IMG/VR virus record: IMGVR_UViG_3300048576_000126
Coordinates: 1 to 44,255 of that record
Source: a virus
Lineage: Duplodnaviria > Caudoviricetes
Length of the DNA stretch: 44,255 nt
Direction: 5' to 3' (one strand)
Below the pieces are notes generated by a model that saw only the letters and a list, made by a program, of their open reading frames with translations, ran no database searches and was not told where the DNA came from. Shown piece after piece: positions 1-7,606 of this stretch (its first letter is position 1; each line of letters opens with the position of its first letter). Made by a program: the position numbers and the translations under genes.

Positions 1-186
1 CGCTCGTTCGTATTTATCAGGCATCTTGACGGCTTTTCTTTGTGGTTTAGAAAGAGCGTCATCATTTGCTCTTGTCAGCCAGTTCGATATAAATCTCCGA
101 TAATTCTTTTTCCGCTTGCTGGGATTGTTGTTTAACCAAATAACCATTTTACCGATTTCGTAATCAATGTTAATGCTTGTGAATGT
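1..186. repeat. Terminal direct repeat (circular assembly overlap), left copy
   Basis: 1-186 is identical to 44070-44255 except T59 vs C44128; the reading frame of a replication gene continues across the join. Confidence 0.97.
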
Positions 187-693
187 GGCGGAATATGATT
201 TATAATCGGCTCCGGTGATCGCGAAATATTCGTTCGCGACAACAGTATTATTATCCTCTCCTATCCTATCCTTACCTAACCTATGCGGACCATTCGCCGC
301 ATTTGGACGTCCAGACTCTTTTTCACCTGTTTTTTTGCCGGTATCGGCTCTCGGAACAGGCTGTTTAAGCTCAATTTCAGGCACAATTTTGATCAAGAGA
401 TCCCGGTATCTACTGTCTCTTTTTCTGTCGGCTCTGATCAAATTGTGTTCGTTCCAGTCGGAAATAAAAGTAACAAGATCCTCGTTGAGAACCACAACAA
501 AACCCTTTGACGCGAGGACGCGAAGGTTGTCTTCTCCGCATCCGATGGTTTTTACGACGGCGAATGCTTCGACAATTCCATCATCATCCGCGTTAAGACA
601 GAGGTGGAAATAAAGGTTCTGACTGTCCGCCGGCATCTTTAGAAATCGAGCGGAATTTATTATTGTCTTTGAAATCATTCTTCGTTCTGCCAT
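1..693 (-). CDS. Phage replisome organizer / replication initiator, 5' part (continues at 44069..43953; about 269 aa in total)
   Basis: Not in the ORF track. Manual translation from ATG at 693 gives MAERRMISKTIINSARFLKMPADSQNLYFHLCLNADDDGIVE...RLGKDRIGE, the typical replisome-organizer N-terminus. It lies directly upstream of dnaB on the circle. Confidence 0.88.
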   Translation of the reverse strand, partial: MAERRMISKTIINSARFLKMPADSQNLYFHLCLNADDDGIVEAFAVVKTIGCGEDNLRVLASKGFVVVLNEDLVTFISDWNEHNLIRADRKRDSRYRDLLIKIVPEIELKQPVPRADTGKKTGEKESGRPNAANGPHRLGKDRIGEDNNTVVANEYFAITGADYKSYSATFTSINIDYEIGKMVIWLNNNPSKRKKNYRRFISNWLTRANDDALSKPQRKAVKMPDKYERA

Positions 694-768
694 CTTTGCC
701 CTCGTTAAAATTGAGCCCTATGAATGCGAGTAATTCTTCGCCTGTCTTTATCTCTTTGCCGTTTACAG

Positions 769-894
769 TCATGCGTTCGCAATTCTTTCTGCGAGTGCTT
801 TCTCAGCGTTATACTCACGCTTTGAAGCTCTCTTCTGTCCGGAGCATATCCGGTAAATATTAAACTGGATGAATGACGGAAATTCGTATTTCAT
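769..894 (-). CDS. Small hypothetical protein (41 aa)
   Basis: MKYEFPSFIQ...; GGAGGAG RBS and ATGA overlap with the stop of the upstream gene. Confidence 0.5.
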   Translation of the reverse strand: MKYEFPSFIQFNIYRICSGQKRASKREYNAEKALAERIANA

Positions 895-1937
895 AACTCC
901 TCCGTGGTTTTTATCCCTGTAATCTCCTCAAATATTTTTGCGTTGAATTCAGGGAGTGATTTCAAATACCGAATTGTTTTTTTCGGCATTCCTGCCCAGG
1001 CTTCTTTCTTTTCAATTTCTGCAGCGTTTGGAATTGGAGTATTCCGCCACGAATTGCCGTGCTTAAGATATAAGGATTTCAAATTGTTGAACGTAGGTTT
1101 CCACCCGCCATTTAGGCGGTTTATTTCTGACATCACCTCGGCATATCGTTCTTCAGATACTTTATGATTGAACAGATATGAAGGTGTTTTCTTTTCGTGA
1201 CAAAAAATACTTTTGTTAATTCCAGACGACTCGCATATACCATATGATCCTGCGACACCGTTCGATCCTGCGACACCGTCCGACCTTGCGACACCGTTCG
1301 ACCTTGCGACACCGTCCGACCTTGCGACACCGTTCGATCCTGCGACACCGTTCGACCATGCGACACCGTCCGATCCTGCGACACCGTTCGATCCTGCGAC
1401 ACCGTTCGATCCTGCGACACCGTCCGACCTTGCGACACCGTTCGATCCTGCGACACCGTTCGATCCTGCGACACCGTCCGACCTTGCGACACCGTTCGAT
1501 CCTGCGACACCGTTCGATCCTGCGACACCGTCCGATACTGCGACACCGTTCGATCCTGCGACACCGTCCGACCTTGCGACACCGTTCGATCCTGCGACAC
1601 CGTTCGATCCTGCGACACCGTCCGATACTGCGTTTTTGATATATTCGCTTATTTTTTCGAACGGTATTTCTTCAAGAACGGTAATTATGTTCGCGCACTT
1701 CTTCTCTTCGTCGCCAACAATTGTACCGTCAAGTTCGACTATCGCGATATGGTTCCACCCGACTGAGTCGTAATAGTTAAAACAATTTTCGAGTTTTTCG
1801 CATGCATGAAATCCTCGCTGGCATTGTATCGGCTCCAGAAGAATTCCACTCGAATCTTCGAGACGATATGTTTTCCCGATTTCGTATTTGAGCCCATTGC
1901 ACGTCCAATCAGGGTTGAACATTTTGAACGCTTTCAT
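891..1937 (-). CDS. Phage protein with hexapeptide (A-x-S-[ND]-G-V) tandem repeat, probable beta-helix/solenoid
   Basis: N-terminal 'DWTC..KYEIGKTY...C.RGFHAC....CFNYY' and C-terminal 'LPEFNAKIFEEITGI' domains are typical of phage repeat-linker proteins; 21 central repeats; AGGAGG RBS. Confidence 0.8.
   Translation of the reverse strand: MKAFKMFNPDWTCNGLKYEIGKTYRLEDSSGILLEPIQCQRGFHACEKLENCFNYYDSVGWNHIAIVELDGTIVGDEEKKCANIITVLEEIPFEKISEYIKNAVSDGVAGSNGVAGSNGVARSDGVAGSNGVAVSDGVAGSNGVAGSNGVARSDGVAGSNGVAGSNGVARSDGVAGSNGVAGSNGVAGSDGVAWSNGVAGSNGVARSDGVARSNGVARSDGVAGSNGVAGSYGICESSGINKSIFCHEKKTPSYLFNHKVSEERYAEVMSEINRLNGGWKPTFNNLKSLYLKHGNSWRNTPIPNAAEIEKKEAWAGMPKKTIRYLKSLPEFNAKIFEEITGIKTTEEL
1246..1631. 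repeat. 18-bp coding tandem repeat, 21 full units plus a partial unit
   Basis: Plus-strand unit GACACCGT[T/C]CGA[TCC/CCT/TAC/CCA]TGC, contiguous, no spacers. Confidence 0.97.
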
Positions 1938-2182
1938 AACTCCTCCTTGTGATTTAAATATGCTTTCATTTCTTCAACCGAGCAATTGGCTCTATTCCAT
2001 GCACATATAACGGCGATAATGTCTTCTCCGTGAAGAACAGATCCGCACCCCTTGCATTTAACGTAATTGCCGCCGACTTTCGCAGTTGATCCGCACCATA
2101 AACATTTTTTAACACCAACGACGTCTTTGCCGTGAATAGCGTACTCTTCGAAAAGATGCTCCGTTGTTATGTGCGTAATCAT
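1934..2182 (-). CDS. Lar-like (restriction alleviation) zinc-ribbon protein
   Basis: CLWCG...VKCKGCG...AWNR pattern. Confidence 0.6.
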   Translation of the reverse strand: MITHITTEHLFEEYAIHGKDVVGVKKCLWCGSTAKVGGNYVKCKGCGSVLHGEDIIAVICAWNRANCSVEEMKAYLNHKEEL

Positions 2183-2842
2183 TCAAGCCACCGCCTTCGA
2201 AAAATTACTTCGGATAATAGATTCCCTTGTTTGCTCAGAAACGTTCGCCTTTATAAGTTGAGCATTGAGCCTTTGCGCCTTGTCGAGCCGGTCAAGCTTT
2301 GACTGGACGACCGCATCGCGGGTGAAGCCATTTTCCTCTATGCGATTGATTGCGCGAAAGTCAGACGCCTTCATTCCGAGAACAATCTGATTTATCATGT
2401 CTGCTTCTTTTGCGAATGTCTTTGGTTCTTTCCCGAGTTTGTCGGCGATAGCGGATGTCATTTCCTTGTACCCGGCTTTTGAAAGCTGACGGGTATCTAT
2501 AACCGTGCGCATCTGTTCGAAGGCTTCGATGTACGCCTCCTTAAATGCCATTGCCTTCTTCCCGGTGAACCCCATAACGACCATTGAGAATGATTTACGG
2601 TTGAGGAGATATTCGGGCTGTTTTTTACCGCGAGAGTCCTTGAAATTTGACGGCCGAAAATTCGACCGCGAAAATTCCTCACTAACATCAGGCAGAATCC
2701 TTTCTCGGATTGTCTCCATAACATGCTTATGCTCTTTTTCAAAAAGCTTTGAAACATCACGCGACGATACCCATGCATCTGAATGTTTCTCGAAAATGCC
2801 AAGCTCCCGAATACCCTGTTTGATTGATACGTCGTAATTCAC
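2183..2842 (-). CDS. Rha family phage regulatory protein
   Basis: VSSRDVSKLFEKEHKHVMETI...FKDSRGKKQPEYLLNRKSFSMVVMGFTGKKAMAFKEAYIEAF; GTG start. Confidence 0.92.
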   Translation of the reverse strand: MNYDVSIKQGIRELGIFEKHSDAWVSSRDVSKLFEKEHKHVMETIRERILPDVSEEFSRSNFRPSNFKDSRGKKQPEYLLNRKSFSMVVMGFTGKKAMAFKEAYIEAFEQMRTVIDTRQLSKAGYKEMTSAIADKLGKEPKTFAKEADMINQIVLGMKASDFRAINRIEENGFTRDAVVQSKLDRLDKAQRLNAQLIKANVSEQTRESIIRSNFSKAVA

Positions 2843-2844
2843 GT

Positions 2845-3099
2845 TTACGCCCCCTTCCCCGTTTTGGCTGTCCGGATGTATCCCGGAGCCTTTCGGGAGG
2901 CTCTGGAGGCCGCTTCCTGCGTTCTCAGGGCATTCTGCGGAGCCTTCGAGGAGACATAAGACTGGCGTTTTGATGCTTTATACGTCTTGATCAACGTTTC
3001 GAGAAAATTTCCCTGCGTCTGATCAGCCTTTACAGCTTCGACTCTGAACATTTTCCATGTTTTTGTATTGCACCTGAGATCGGCTTTTTTCATATCCAT
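2845..3099 (-). CDS. Small basic DNA-binding protein (Cro position, possibly ribbon-helix-helix)
   Basis: First gene of the leftward operon, divergent from an HTH repressor; GGAGG RBS. Confidence 0.55.
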   Translation of the reverse strand: MDMKKADLRCNTKTWKMFRVEAVKADQTQGNFLETLIKTYKASKRQSYVSSKAPQNALRTQEAASRASRKAPGYIRTAKTGKGA

Positions 3100-3138
3100 A
3101 ATGTCAAACCCTCCGCACTAATACGTGTAAAATGCGGA

Positions 3139-3227
3139 TTGTCTCACATTTTGTCAATAACAAATGTGAATGCTTCTTAATTTTTTTCTTGTTTTTGGTC
3201 GATATATACTATATTATTGTGAGACAA
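3139..3227. promoter_or_regulatory. Divergent promoter/operator region 1
   Basis: TTGTCTCACA (3139-3148) and its exact inverse TGTGAGACAA (3218-3227); minus-strand TTGACA at 3152-3157; AT-rich. Confidence 0.6.
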
Positions 3228-3239
3228 GTGAGGCATTTT

Positions 3240-3593
3240 GTGACCGTTGAAGAAATAAATATCGGCAAATTTTTAAAAAAGAAAGTGGAGGACTATTGCG
3301 AGGAAAACGGGTGCGATAAAGCCGAGATTGCATCACGTATTGGGATAACCGCGTCTTCATTATCCTCTATTTTCAGATCTCAGACCGGAACCATTCAGAG
3401 TGTAATAAAGGTCGCCAATGCTTGTGAACAGAAAGGGTATGTCTTTATCGCGGAAATCGAAACGAAAGTCCCACACCAGATGTTTTCAATTGTTGAGAAA
3501 ATATTTGATCTTGACATCGACCAACAAATTTTGATATTACAGCAGTTGGAAGCGGCGGTTGCTCTTGCGAAAGGAAAGAAAAGGGACGTATGA
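3240..3593 (+). CDS. CI-like HTH repressor 1
   Basis: KAEIASRIGITASSLSSIF Xre-type HTH; probable GTG start at 3240 after GAGG (the ORF track start at 3132 lies in the promoter region). Confidence 0.75.
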   Translation: MTVEEINIGKFLKKKVEDYCEENGCDKAEIASRIGITASSLSSIFRSQTGTIQSVIKVANACEQKGYVFIAEIETKVPHQMFSIVEKIFDLDIDQQILILQQLEAAVALAKGKKRDV

Positions 3594-4222
3594 TCTTTGA
3601 CGTAGCGAATTTATCGGAGACGATCACACCTGACAAATTTCCGATCATTATTATTTCGGTGAAATCGACCTCGCCTCGTTTCGCTATCGCGGAAAACATA
3701 ATTCTCGCTATTCCACATTCGACTTTCAAAGACGGTAAAAAACTCTGTTATATTTCCGGCCTTGATTTTACGGAATCAGGGCTTAAAACTGGATGCGCGT
3801 TGACCGAACTTATCGGGAATCTTTCCTCTTCGTTCCTGTTTATCAACGGCGAAAACTATTCATTCAAATCCTTTGGGGCGATGGCGAAATGTTTCACTAC
3901 GGCGATGAAATGCAAAGATAAAAAAGCGTATTGCTGGCAATACAAAAAGATCCCGGCAGATGATATTGTCGGCTTTTCATTTTTCAAATACATGGCCGCT
4001 CAAAAGAAAGCAAGACGAATGGTGAAGTTCAAAGAGATAATAATCCCCTGCATCAATTACACGAAATTCAACGCGCTTGAAGAAAAACCGATGTGCTCCC
4101 TGCGGGACAGATTCCAGGCATTCACTGCAAAAGAGCCTTTTTGCCTATGCCCCCTATTTAGAGTTGACGATGTGAAAGTAAATACTATTGTCGATGAAAT
4201 AGAAATGTATGAAGAACCATAA
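3590..4222 (+). CDS. Cys-rich hypothetical protein in the repressor operon
   Basis: 210-aa ORF translationally coupled (ATGA) to repressor 1. Confidence 0.7.
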   Translation: MIFDVANLSETITPDKFPIIIISVKSTSPRFAIAENIILAIPHSTFKDGKKLCYISGLDFTESGLKTGCALTELIGNLSSSFLFINGENYSFKSFGAMAKCFTTAMKCKDKKAYCWQYKKIPADDIVGFSFFKYMAAQKKARRMVKFKEIIIPCINYTKFNALEEKPMCSLRDRFQAFTAKEPFCLCPLFRVDDVKVNTIVDEIEMYEEP

Positions 4223-4232
4223 GGAGTGTATC

Positions 4233-4703
4233 ATGAAAAAAGTGTTTATTTTATTGGTGTTTTTTGGCGTTTGCGGATTATTCCTTGGATGTGAGTCGGT
4301 GCAGCTCACAAAAGAAAACCTTACGAAACAGATAGTTGTCGATTTTCCTGGAATGAAGAAAGATGCTATTTATAAAAAGACGTTGGAGTGGATAGCAACA
4401 AGTTTCGGTTCAGGGAAAGAAGTAATTGAATATCAAAACAAGGATGATTATAAAATAATCGGAAACATTAAAACCGCAATACCCGGAGGGCTTGGCTTGA
4501 CGTTCATGGCCGGGTCTTCAATGACGATAGAAGTCAAAGACGACAAGGCACGTATAACGTATCTTCTTAAAACGACATCTGGTCCGGACTGGACGCGACC
4601 CATTGACGGCTATGAAGTTAATGACGCGAAAAATTCTCTTGATACTGCGACCGAAAGTTTTAAATCTTTCATGAGTTCAAAAAAATCTGATTCGAATTGG
4701 TAA
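4233..4703 (+). CDS. Lipoprotein, DUF4468-like; candidate superinfection-exclusion/lysogenic conversion protein
   Basis: AAGGAG RBS; MKKVFILLVFFGVCGLFLG-C signal II; 'KDAIY...LEWIATSF.SGKEVIEYQNKD..KIIG' motif. Confidence 0.75.
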   Translation: MKKVFILLVFFGVCGLFLGCESVQLTKENLTKQIVVDFPGMKKDAIYKKTLEWIATSFGSGKEVIEYQNKDDYKIIGNIKTAIPGGLGLTFMAGSSMTIEVKDDKARITYLLKTTSGPDWTRPIDGYEVNDAKNSLDTATESFKSFMSSKKSDSNW

Positions 4704-4709
4704 TATGCC

Positions 4710-4732
4710 GGCCGGAGAAATCCGGCCTTTTT
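4710..4732 (+). terminator. Rho-independent terminator
   Basis: GGCCGGA-GAAA-TCCGGCC followed by TTTTT, just after the lipoprotein stop. Confidence 0.9.
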
Positions 4733-4967
4733 ATTATTCGAGAAGTTTTAATATTCGCTCAAGGATCTCCGCGACTTCTTCAGGCCGTTTTTTGTTTTCG
4801 CCTTCCATTGCTCATCACCGCCCTTTCTATGATAGATACTAAATATATGTTTAGTGTTCGGCAATTCTTTTTTTTATCGGTACGAGAAATATTTTCATGA
4901 TTGTATGTCATCGCGCAACACACTTTTTTATTCTTTCAAAATAAAGTAGTAAGCAGACATAATCTTT

Positions 4968-5225
4968 TTATGTCGCACGTTTTACGAGTGCATCGATGAT
5001 TTTATGCAGGTTCGGCGAGTTTAGCTTTTCTTTGATCCGGTATACGGTGACGTAAAACTGCTGCGGGACGATTCCGAGTTCGTGAACTATTTCCTTTTTT
5101 GTGCGCCCTTGTGCGAGCGCGAGGAGGATGTGAAATTCCAGATCGGAGAGCTCCGGTATGATGAACAGCCTTTTCTTCACCCGTACAAATCCTTCACCCG
5201 GGAGAAAAAGAGAACTGAAAATCAA
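4968..5225 (-). CDS. LuxR/GerE-type stand-alone HTH regulator
   Basis: ELSDLEFHILLALAQGRTKKEIVHELGI...VYRIKEKL; the true start may be the internal GTG (VKKRLF). Confidence 0.8.
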   Translation of the reverse strand: MIFSSLFLPGEGFVRVKKRLFIIPELSDLEFHILLALAQGRTKKEIVHELGIVPQQFYVTVYRIKEKLNSPNLHKIIDALVKRAT

Positions 5226-5362
5226 CGGAACCGGGAACGATCAACAATATCTTACCGATCAATCGTTTTAAATCGGCAATTTGTTGTCAATTTATTTTAT
5301 TTTCTTGCGCTCGTTTTGTCAAAGGGTTTTGCTGTCATTGTTCTCTGTGCCGATCCTGAATT

Positions 5363-5659
5363 ATGAATATACGCGATGTCTGCAAACGTGCGATGGAATG
5401 GGCTCATGTCTCCGTTCCGGAAATTTCGAAAGCCTCAAAAATATCTGAGACAACTATCCGATATCAGCTCCGAAAGAACTGCGTGTCCGCAGAGCTGTTC
5501 GCCTGGATCATGCGCGTTACGGAGTACCCTATCGAGGGCGCGGTGAAAGAGTTTGACGTTAAATCACGCGAAATCCTCCGGCTGTACATGGGTCTCAGCG
5601 CGGAGAATCAGCGTGTCGTGATGGATATATTGCGCGCATTATCGCGCGGGAAGAAATAG
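5363..5659 (+). CDS. CI-like HTH repressor 2
   Basis: SVPEISKASKISETTIRYQL HTH; C-terminal LYMGLSAENQRVVMDILRAL helix is typical of small repressors; divergent from the LuxR gene. Confidence 0.7.
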   Translation: MNIRDVCKRAMEWAHVSVPEISKASKISETTIRYQLRKNCVSAELFAWIMRVTEYPIEGAVKEFDVKSREILRLYMGLSAENQRVVMDILRALSRGKK

Positions 5660-5680
5660 GCGAAATGCGCCTACAAGCAG

Positions 5681-5953
5681 TTAGATGATATTCTCTCGCA
5701 CCTTGTCGGCTTTACCTTGAATATCGATTATAATAATCAAGGATTGTTCGGTAAATCCGGAATAATCTTCCTTTGGTATCTTGCCTAATTTATCTATTGC
5801 TTTTAATAGCTCGCGAACATCATCTAACTGAGTGCAAACGCTCCGCTCGTCTCCGGCTTCGCCTCCGCCGTGCTCGGGCTTCGCCAAATTGCGAGGCTCT
5901 ATCTCTTCCATAATTTCATTCAATTCATCGACTTCTTGCATATTATTAAACAT
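5681..5953 (-). CDS. Cassette 1 hypothetical protein
   Basis: AAGGAGG RBS and ATG lie inside the attC1 loop; the stop TAA overlaps the GTT core at 5680-5683. Confidence 0.75.
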   Translation of the reverse strand: MFNNMQEVDELNEIMEEIEPRNLAKPEHGGGEAGDERSVCTQLDDVRELLKAIDKLGKIPKEDYSGFTEQSLIIIIDIQGKADKVRENII

Positions 5954-5995
5954 TGCTTTCCTCCTTGCAATTTCATCTGCACTCGCACGTTAAGT
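5822..5995 (+). repeat. attC-like site 1
   Basis: ATCTAAC (5822-5828); GAGTGCA/TGCACTC arms; inner stem AAATTGCGAGG/CCTTGCAATTT; CAC-GTTAAGT (core 5989-5995). Confidence 0.78.
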
Positions 5996-6000
5996 GCAAT

Positions 6001-6402
6001 TCAAAGAGCGCACTGTCCTTTTTCAAAGAGTTCGGTATTTTCATGAGTGTTGCCGATAACTTCAAATTCCATTGCTCTATCACAATCAAGATTCCACGAG
6101 TGCTGATTTTTGGAATAATGGCCGGTATATTCATATCTTGCCCGGTCATCATTCCATGTTATAGAAAATATCAATCCAGTGATAACATCTTTCACAATAT
6201 CACCTTCATAAATTTCAACACCGTTCGTATCTTTGAGTCCGGTAAACTGCTCAAAAATATACGGATGGGTGGGGAATGTTACGATCTCGCCAGCCCATTC
6301 GCCTTCCGTTACAAGCTCACCGTTAAGGTTCATAACTAATCCTTTTGTGTCTCCGAAACATTCTTCTTCCTTGTCCCAAGCCCTGAATTTTATCGATTTC
6401 AT
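6001..6402 (-). CDS. Cassette 2: YopX family protein
   Basis: IKFRAWDKE...EQFTGLKDTNGVEIYEGDIV...FEVIGNTHENTELF. Confidence 0.93.
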   Translation of the reverse strand: MKSIKFRAWDKEEECFGDTKGLVMNLNGELVTEGEWAGEIVTFPTHPYIFEQFTGLKDTNGVEIYEGDIVKDVITGLIFSITWNDDRARYEYTGHYSKNQHSWNLDCDRAMEFEVIGNTHENTELFEKGQCAL

Positions 6403-6439
6403 AATTTCTCCTTTTTTGTTTTATCGCTCTTTGAACAGC

Positions 6440-6538
6440 GCCTAACTGGCTGTAAGCGCTGCGCCCTCCGCGTTGCTCCGGTGCTCGGCCTTCGGCACAT
6501 TCGCTTCGCGAACGTCGCTTCACAGCCTCACGTTGTAC
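6440..6538 (+). repeat. attC-like site 2
   Basis: GCCTAAC (6440-6446); GGCTGT-AAGCG pairs with CGCTT-C-ACAGCC (one extrahelical base); CAC-GTTGTAC (core 6532-6538). Confidence 0.82.
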
Positions 6539-6577
6539 GACATGCCGACTAACGGCGCGACATCGTGTCGCGCTATA

Positions 6578-6886
6578 TCAATTTGCCAGCACTCCTCTTA
6601 GTGCCTCGCCAACACTTTTTGCATATTTTTTTCGCTCAGACACTGCCATATACTCAAATTCAGGATGATAATACACTTCGGGGAAAATACCGTCTCGTGC
6701 CATGTGAGCAAGATATTTTTCCTTTACCGCCATATTTAGCGCCGACCGCACAGACCTTGGCAGTGAACCGTTAATCATCAAAACCCGTTGCATTCTAACC
6801 TTCTCAACATTTGCCTTATCAGCTGTCATGGCTCCAATGCGAACTCTATCGGATAAATATTCCCTGTCGTTTTGTTTTATCTCCAT
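6578..6886 (-). CDS. Cassette 3 hypothetical protein
   Basis: 102-aa ORF with GAGG RBS, filling the space between attC2 and attC3; followed by the hairpin GCGCGACA-TCG-TGTCGCGC. Confidence 0.8.
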   Translation of the reverse strand: MEIKQNDREYLSDRVRIGAMTADKANVEKVRMQRVLMINGSLPRSVRSALNMAVKEKYLAHMARDGIFPEVYYHPEFEYMAVSERKKYAKSVGEALRGVLAN

Positions 6887-6957
6887 ATTGACACCTCTTA
6901 TTCTTTACGCCTTTGCGCCATCCGTGGCGCGGCTAATTTTGATATAAACGGCACGTC

Positions 6958-7043
6958 GTACAACTGAGCGCAAACGCTTCGCTCGTATTCACTCGCTTCG
7001 GGCTTCGCCCACACTTCGCGTCGCATACAAATTCACGGTGTAC
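6958..7043 (+). repeat. attC-like site 3 (degenerate)
   Basis: GTACAAC (6958-6964); left arm nearly identical to attC1 (AACTGAGYGCAAACGCTYCGCTCGT); right arm eroded and core reads GGTGTAC (7037-7043). Confidence 0.7.
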
Positions 7044-7057
7044 GACATTTCGACCTA

Positions 7058-7318
7058 TTATTCACCAAAATTGACAGTGTTTCTCTCTTTAAAAAAGTCG
7101 ATTTCCTCGTAGGTTATTACTACTCGTCTGCTCATTCTTTCGCGGCGTATTTCGACGGCATAATATATCGACCCGTCAATTTTCACTTGCTCCATTAACT
7201 CCCCTTTTACAACCCGTTTTTTATTGCAATATTTCGAGCAGTAGTTATCACCGAAACGTCGTACAACAGCGGCTATACGCAACCGCACATTTTCTTTAAT
7301 GGCCCTGAAAATGTTCAT
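7058..7318 (-). CDS. Cassette 4 hypothetical protein
   Basis: ATG inside the attC4 loop, with RLRIAAVVRR encoded by the attC arm; an alternative internal start (MEQVKIDG) has a GGGGAG RBS. Confidence 0.65.
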   Translation of the reverse strand: MNIFRAIKENVRLRIAAVVRRFGDNYCSKYCNKKRVVKGELMEQVKIDGSIYYAVEIRRERMSRRVVITYEEIDFFKERNTVNFGE

Positions 7319-7377
7319 GTTCTTTCTACCCCTGAGTTTTTATTTTATGCGGCTTCGCATAGCCGCTCACGTTGTAC
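7261..7377 (+). repeat. attC-like site 4
   Basis: GTACAAC-AGCGGCTATACG ... CGCATAGCCGCT-CAC-GTTGTAC; arms pair 11/12 and the cores are exact complements. Confidence 0.85.
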
Positions 7378-7411
7378 GCTCATTTTTGTGCGCCTTGTTG
7401 TTCTGATTTCT

Positions 7412-7585
7412 TTAATGCGTCTCCATAAATATTTCTTCTATGGTTTTATTTTCTAACTGTTCACGCAACTTCCGCAACGGTTGTATCGGGCATTCTGGCC
7501 GCAGAGAGCATGTCAAAAAACAGGGGTTATTTTCGGCATCGGGACTGTCGCATACACCTGTTAGTTTTGCTTCCAAGATATTCAT
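7412..7585 (-). CDS. Small Cys-containing hypothetical protein (57 aa)
   Basis: MNILEAKLTGVCDSPD...; AAGGAG RBS; not in the ORF track. Confidence 0.6.
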   Translation of the reverse strand: MNILEAKLTGVCDSPDAENNPCFLTCSLRPECPIQPLRKLREQLENKTIEEIFMETH

Positions 7586-7606
7586 TTTATTTTCTCCTTT
7601 CTCCGT

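Larger units (their letters stand above)
5680..7377 (+). mobile_element. Integron-like gene cassette array lacking an integrase (four cassettes, four attC-like sites)
   Basis: Four AAC...CAC-GTT hairpin sites. Each cassette's left GTT end is the inverse complement of its right AAC end (12/13, 18/22, 15/16 and 14/16 matches). Confidence 0.8.

Noticed and set aside
1-186. Biological terminal repeats of a linear virion genome
   Set aside because: The repeat falls in the middle of a replication gene, which fits an assembly overlap of a circular or permuted sequence better. The true packaging ends cannot be determined here.
1246-1631. CRISPR array
   Set aside because: Units are contiguous 18-mers with no unique spacers, lie in frame within a gene, and no cas genes are present.
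1133-1773. Alternative-frame repeat ORFs (SQDRTV, DPATPF, ILRHRS)
   Set aside because: They are by-products of a stop-free 18-bp repeat; only 891-1937 has an RBS, operon coupling and recognisable flanking domains.
5822-7377. Simple terminators or REP/MITE elements as the explanation for the hairpins
   Set aside because: They lack U tracts and target-site duplications. They share AAC/CAC-GTT ends, and their flanks pair across neighbouring sites, which those elements would not produce.
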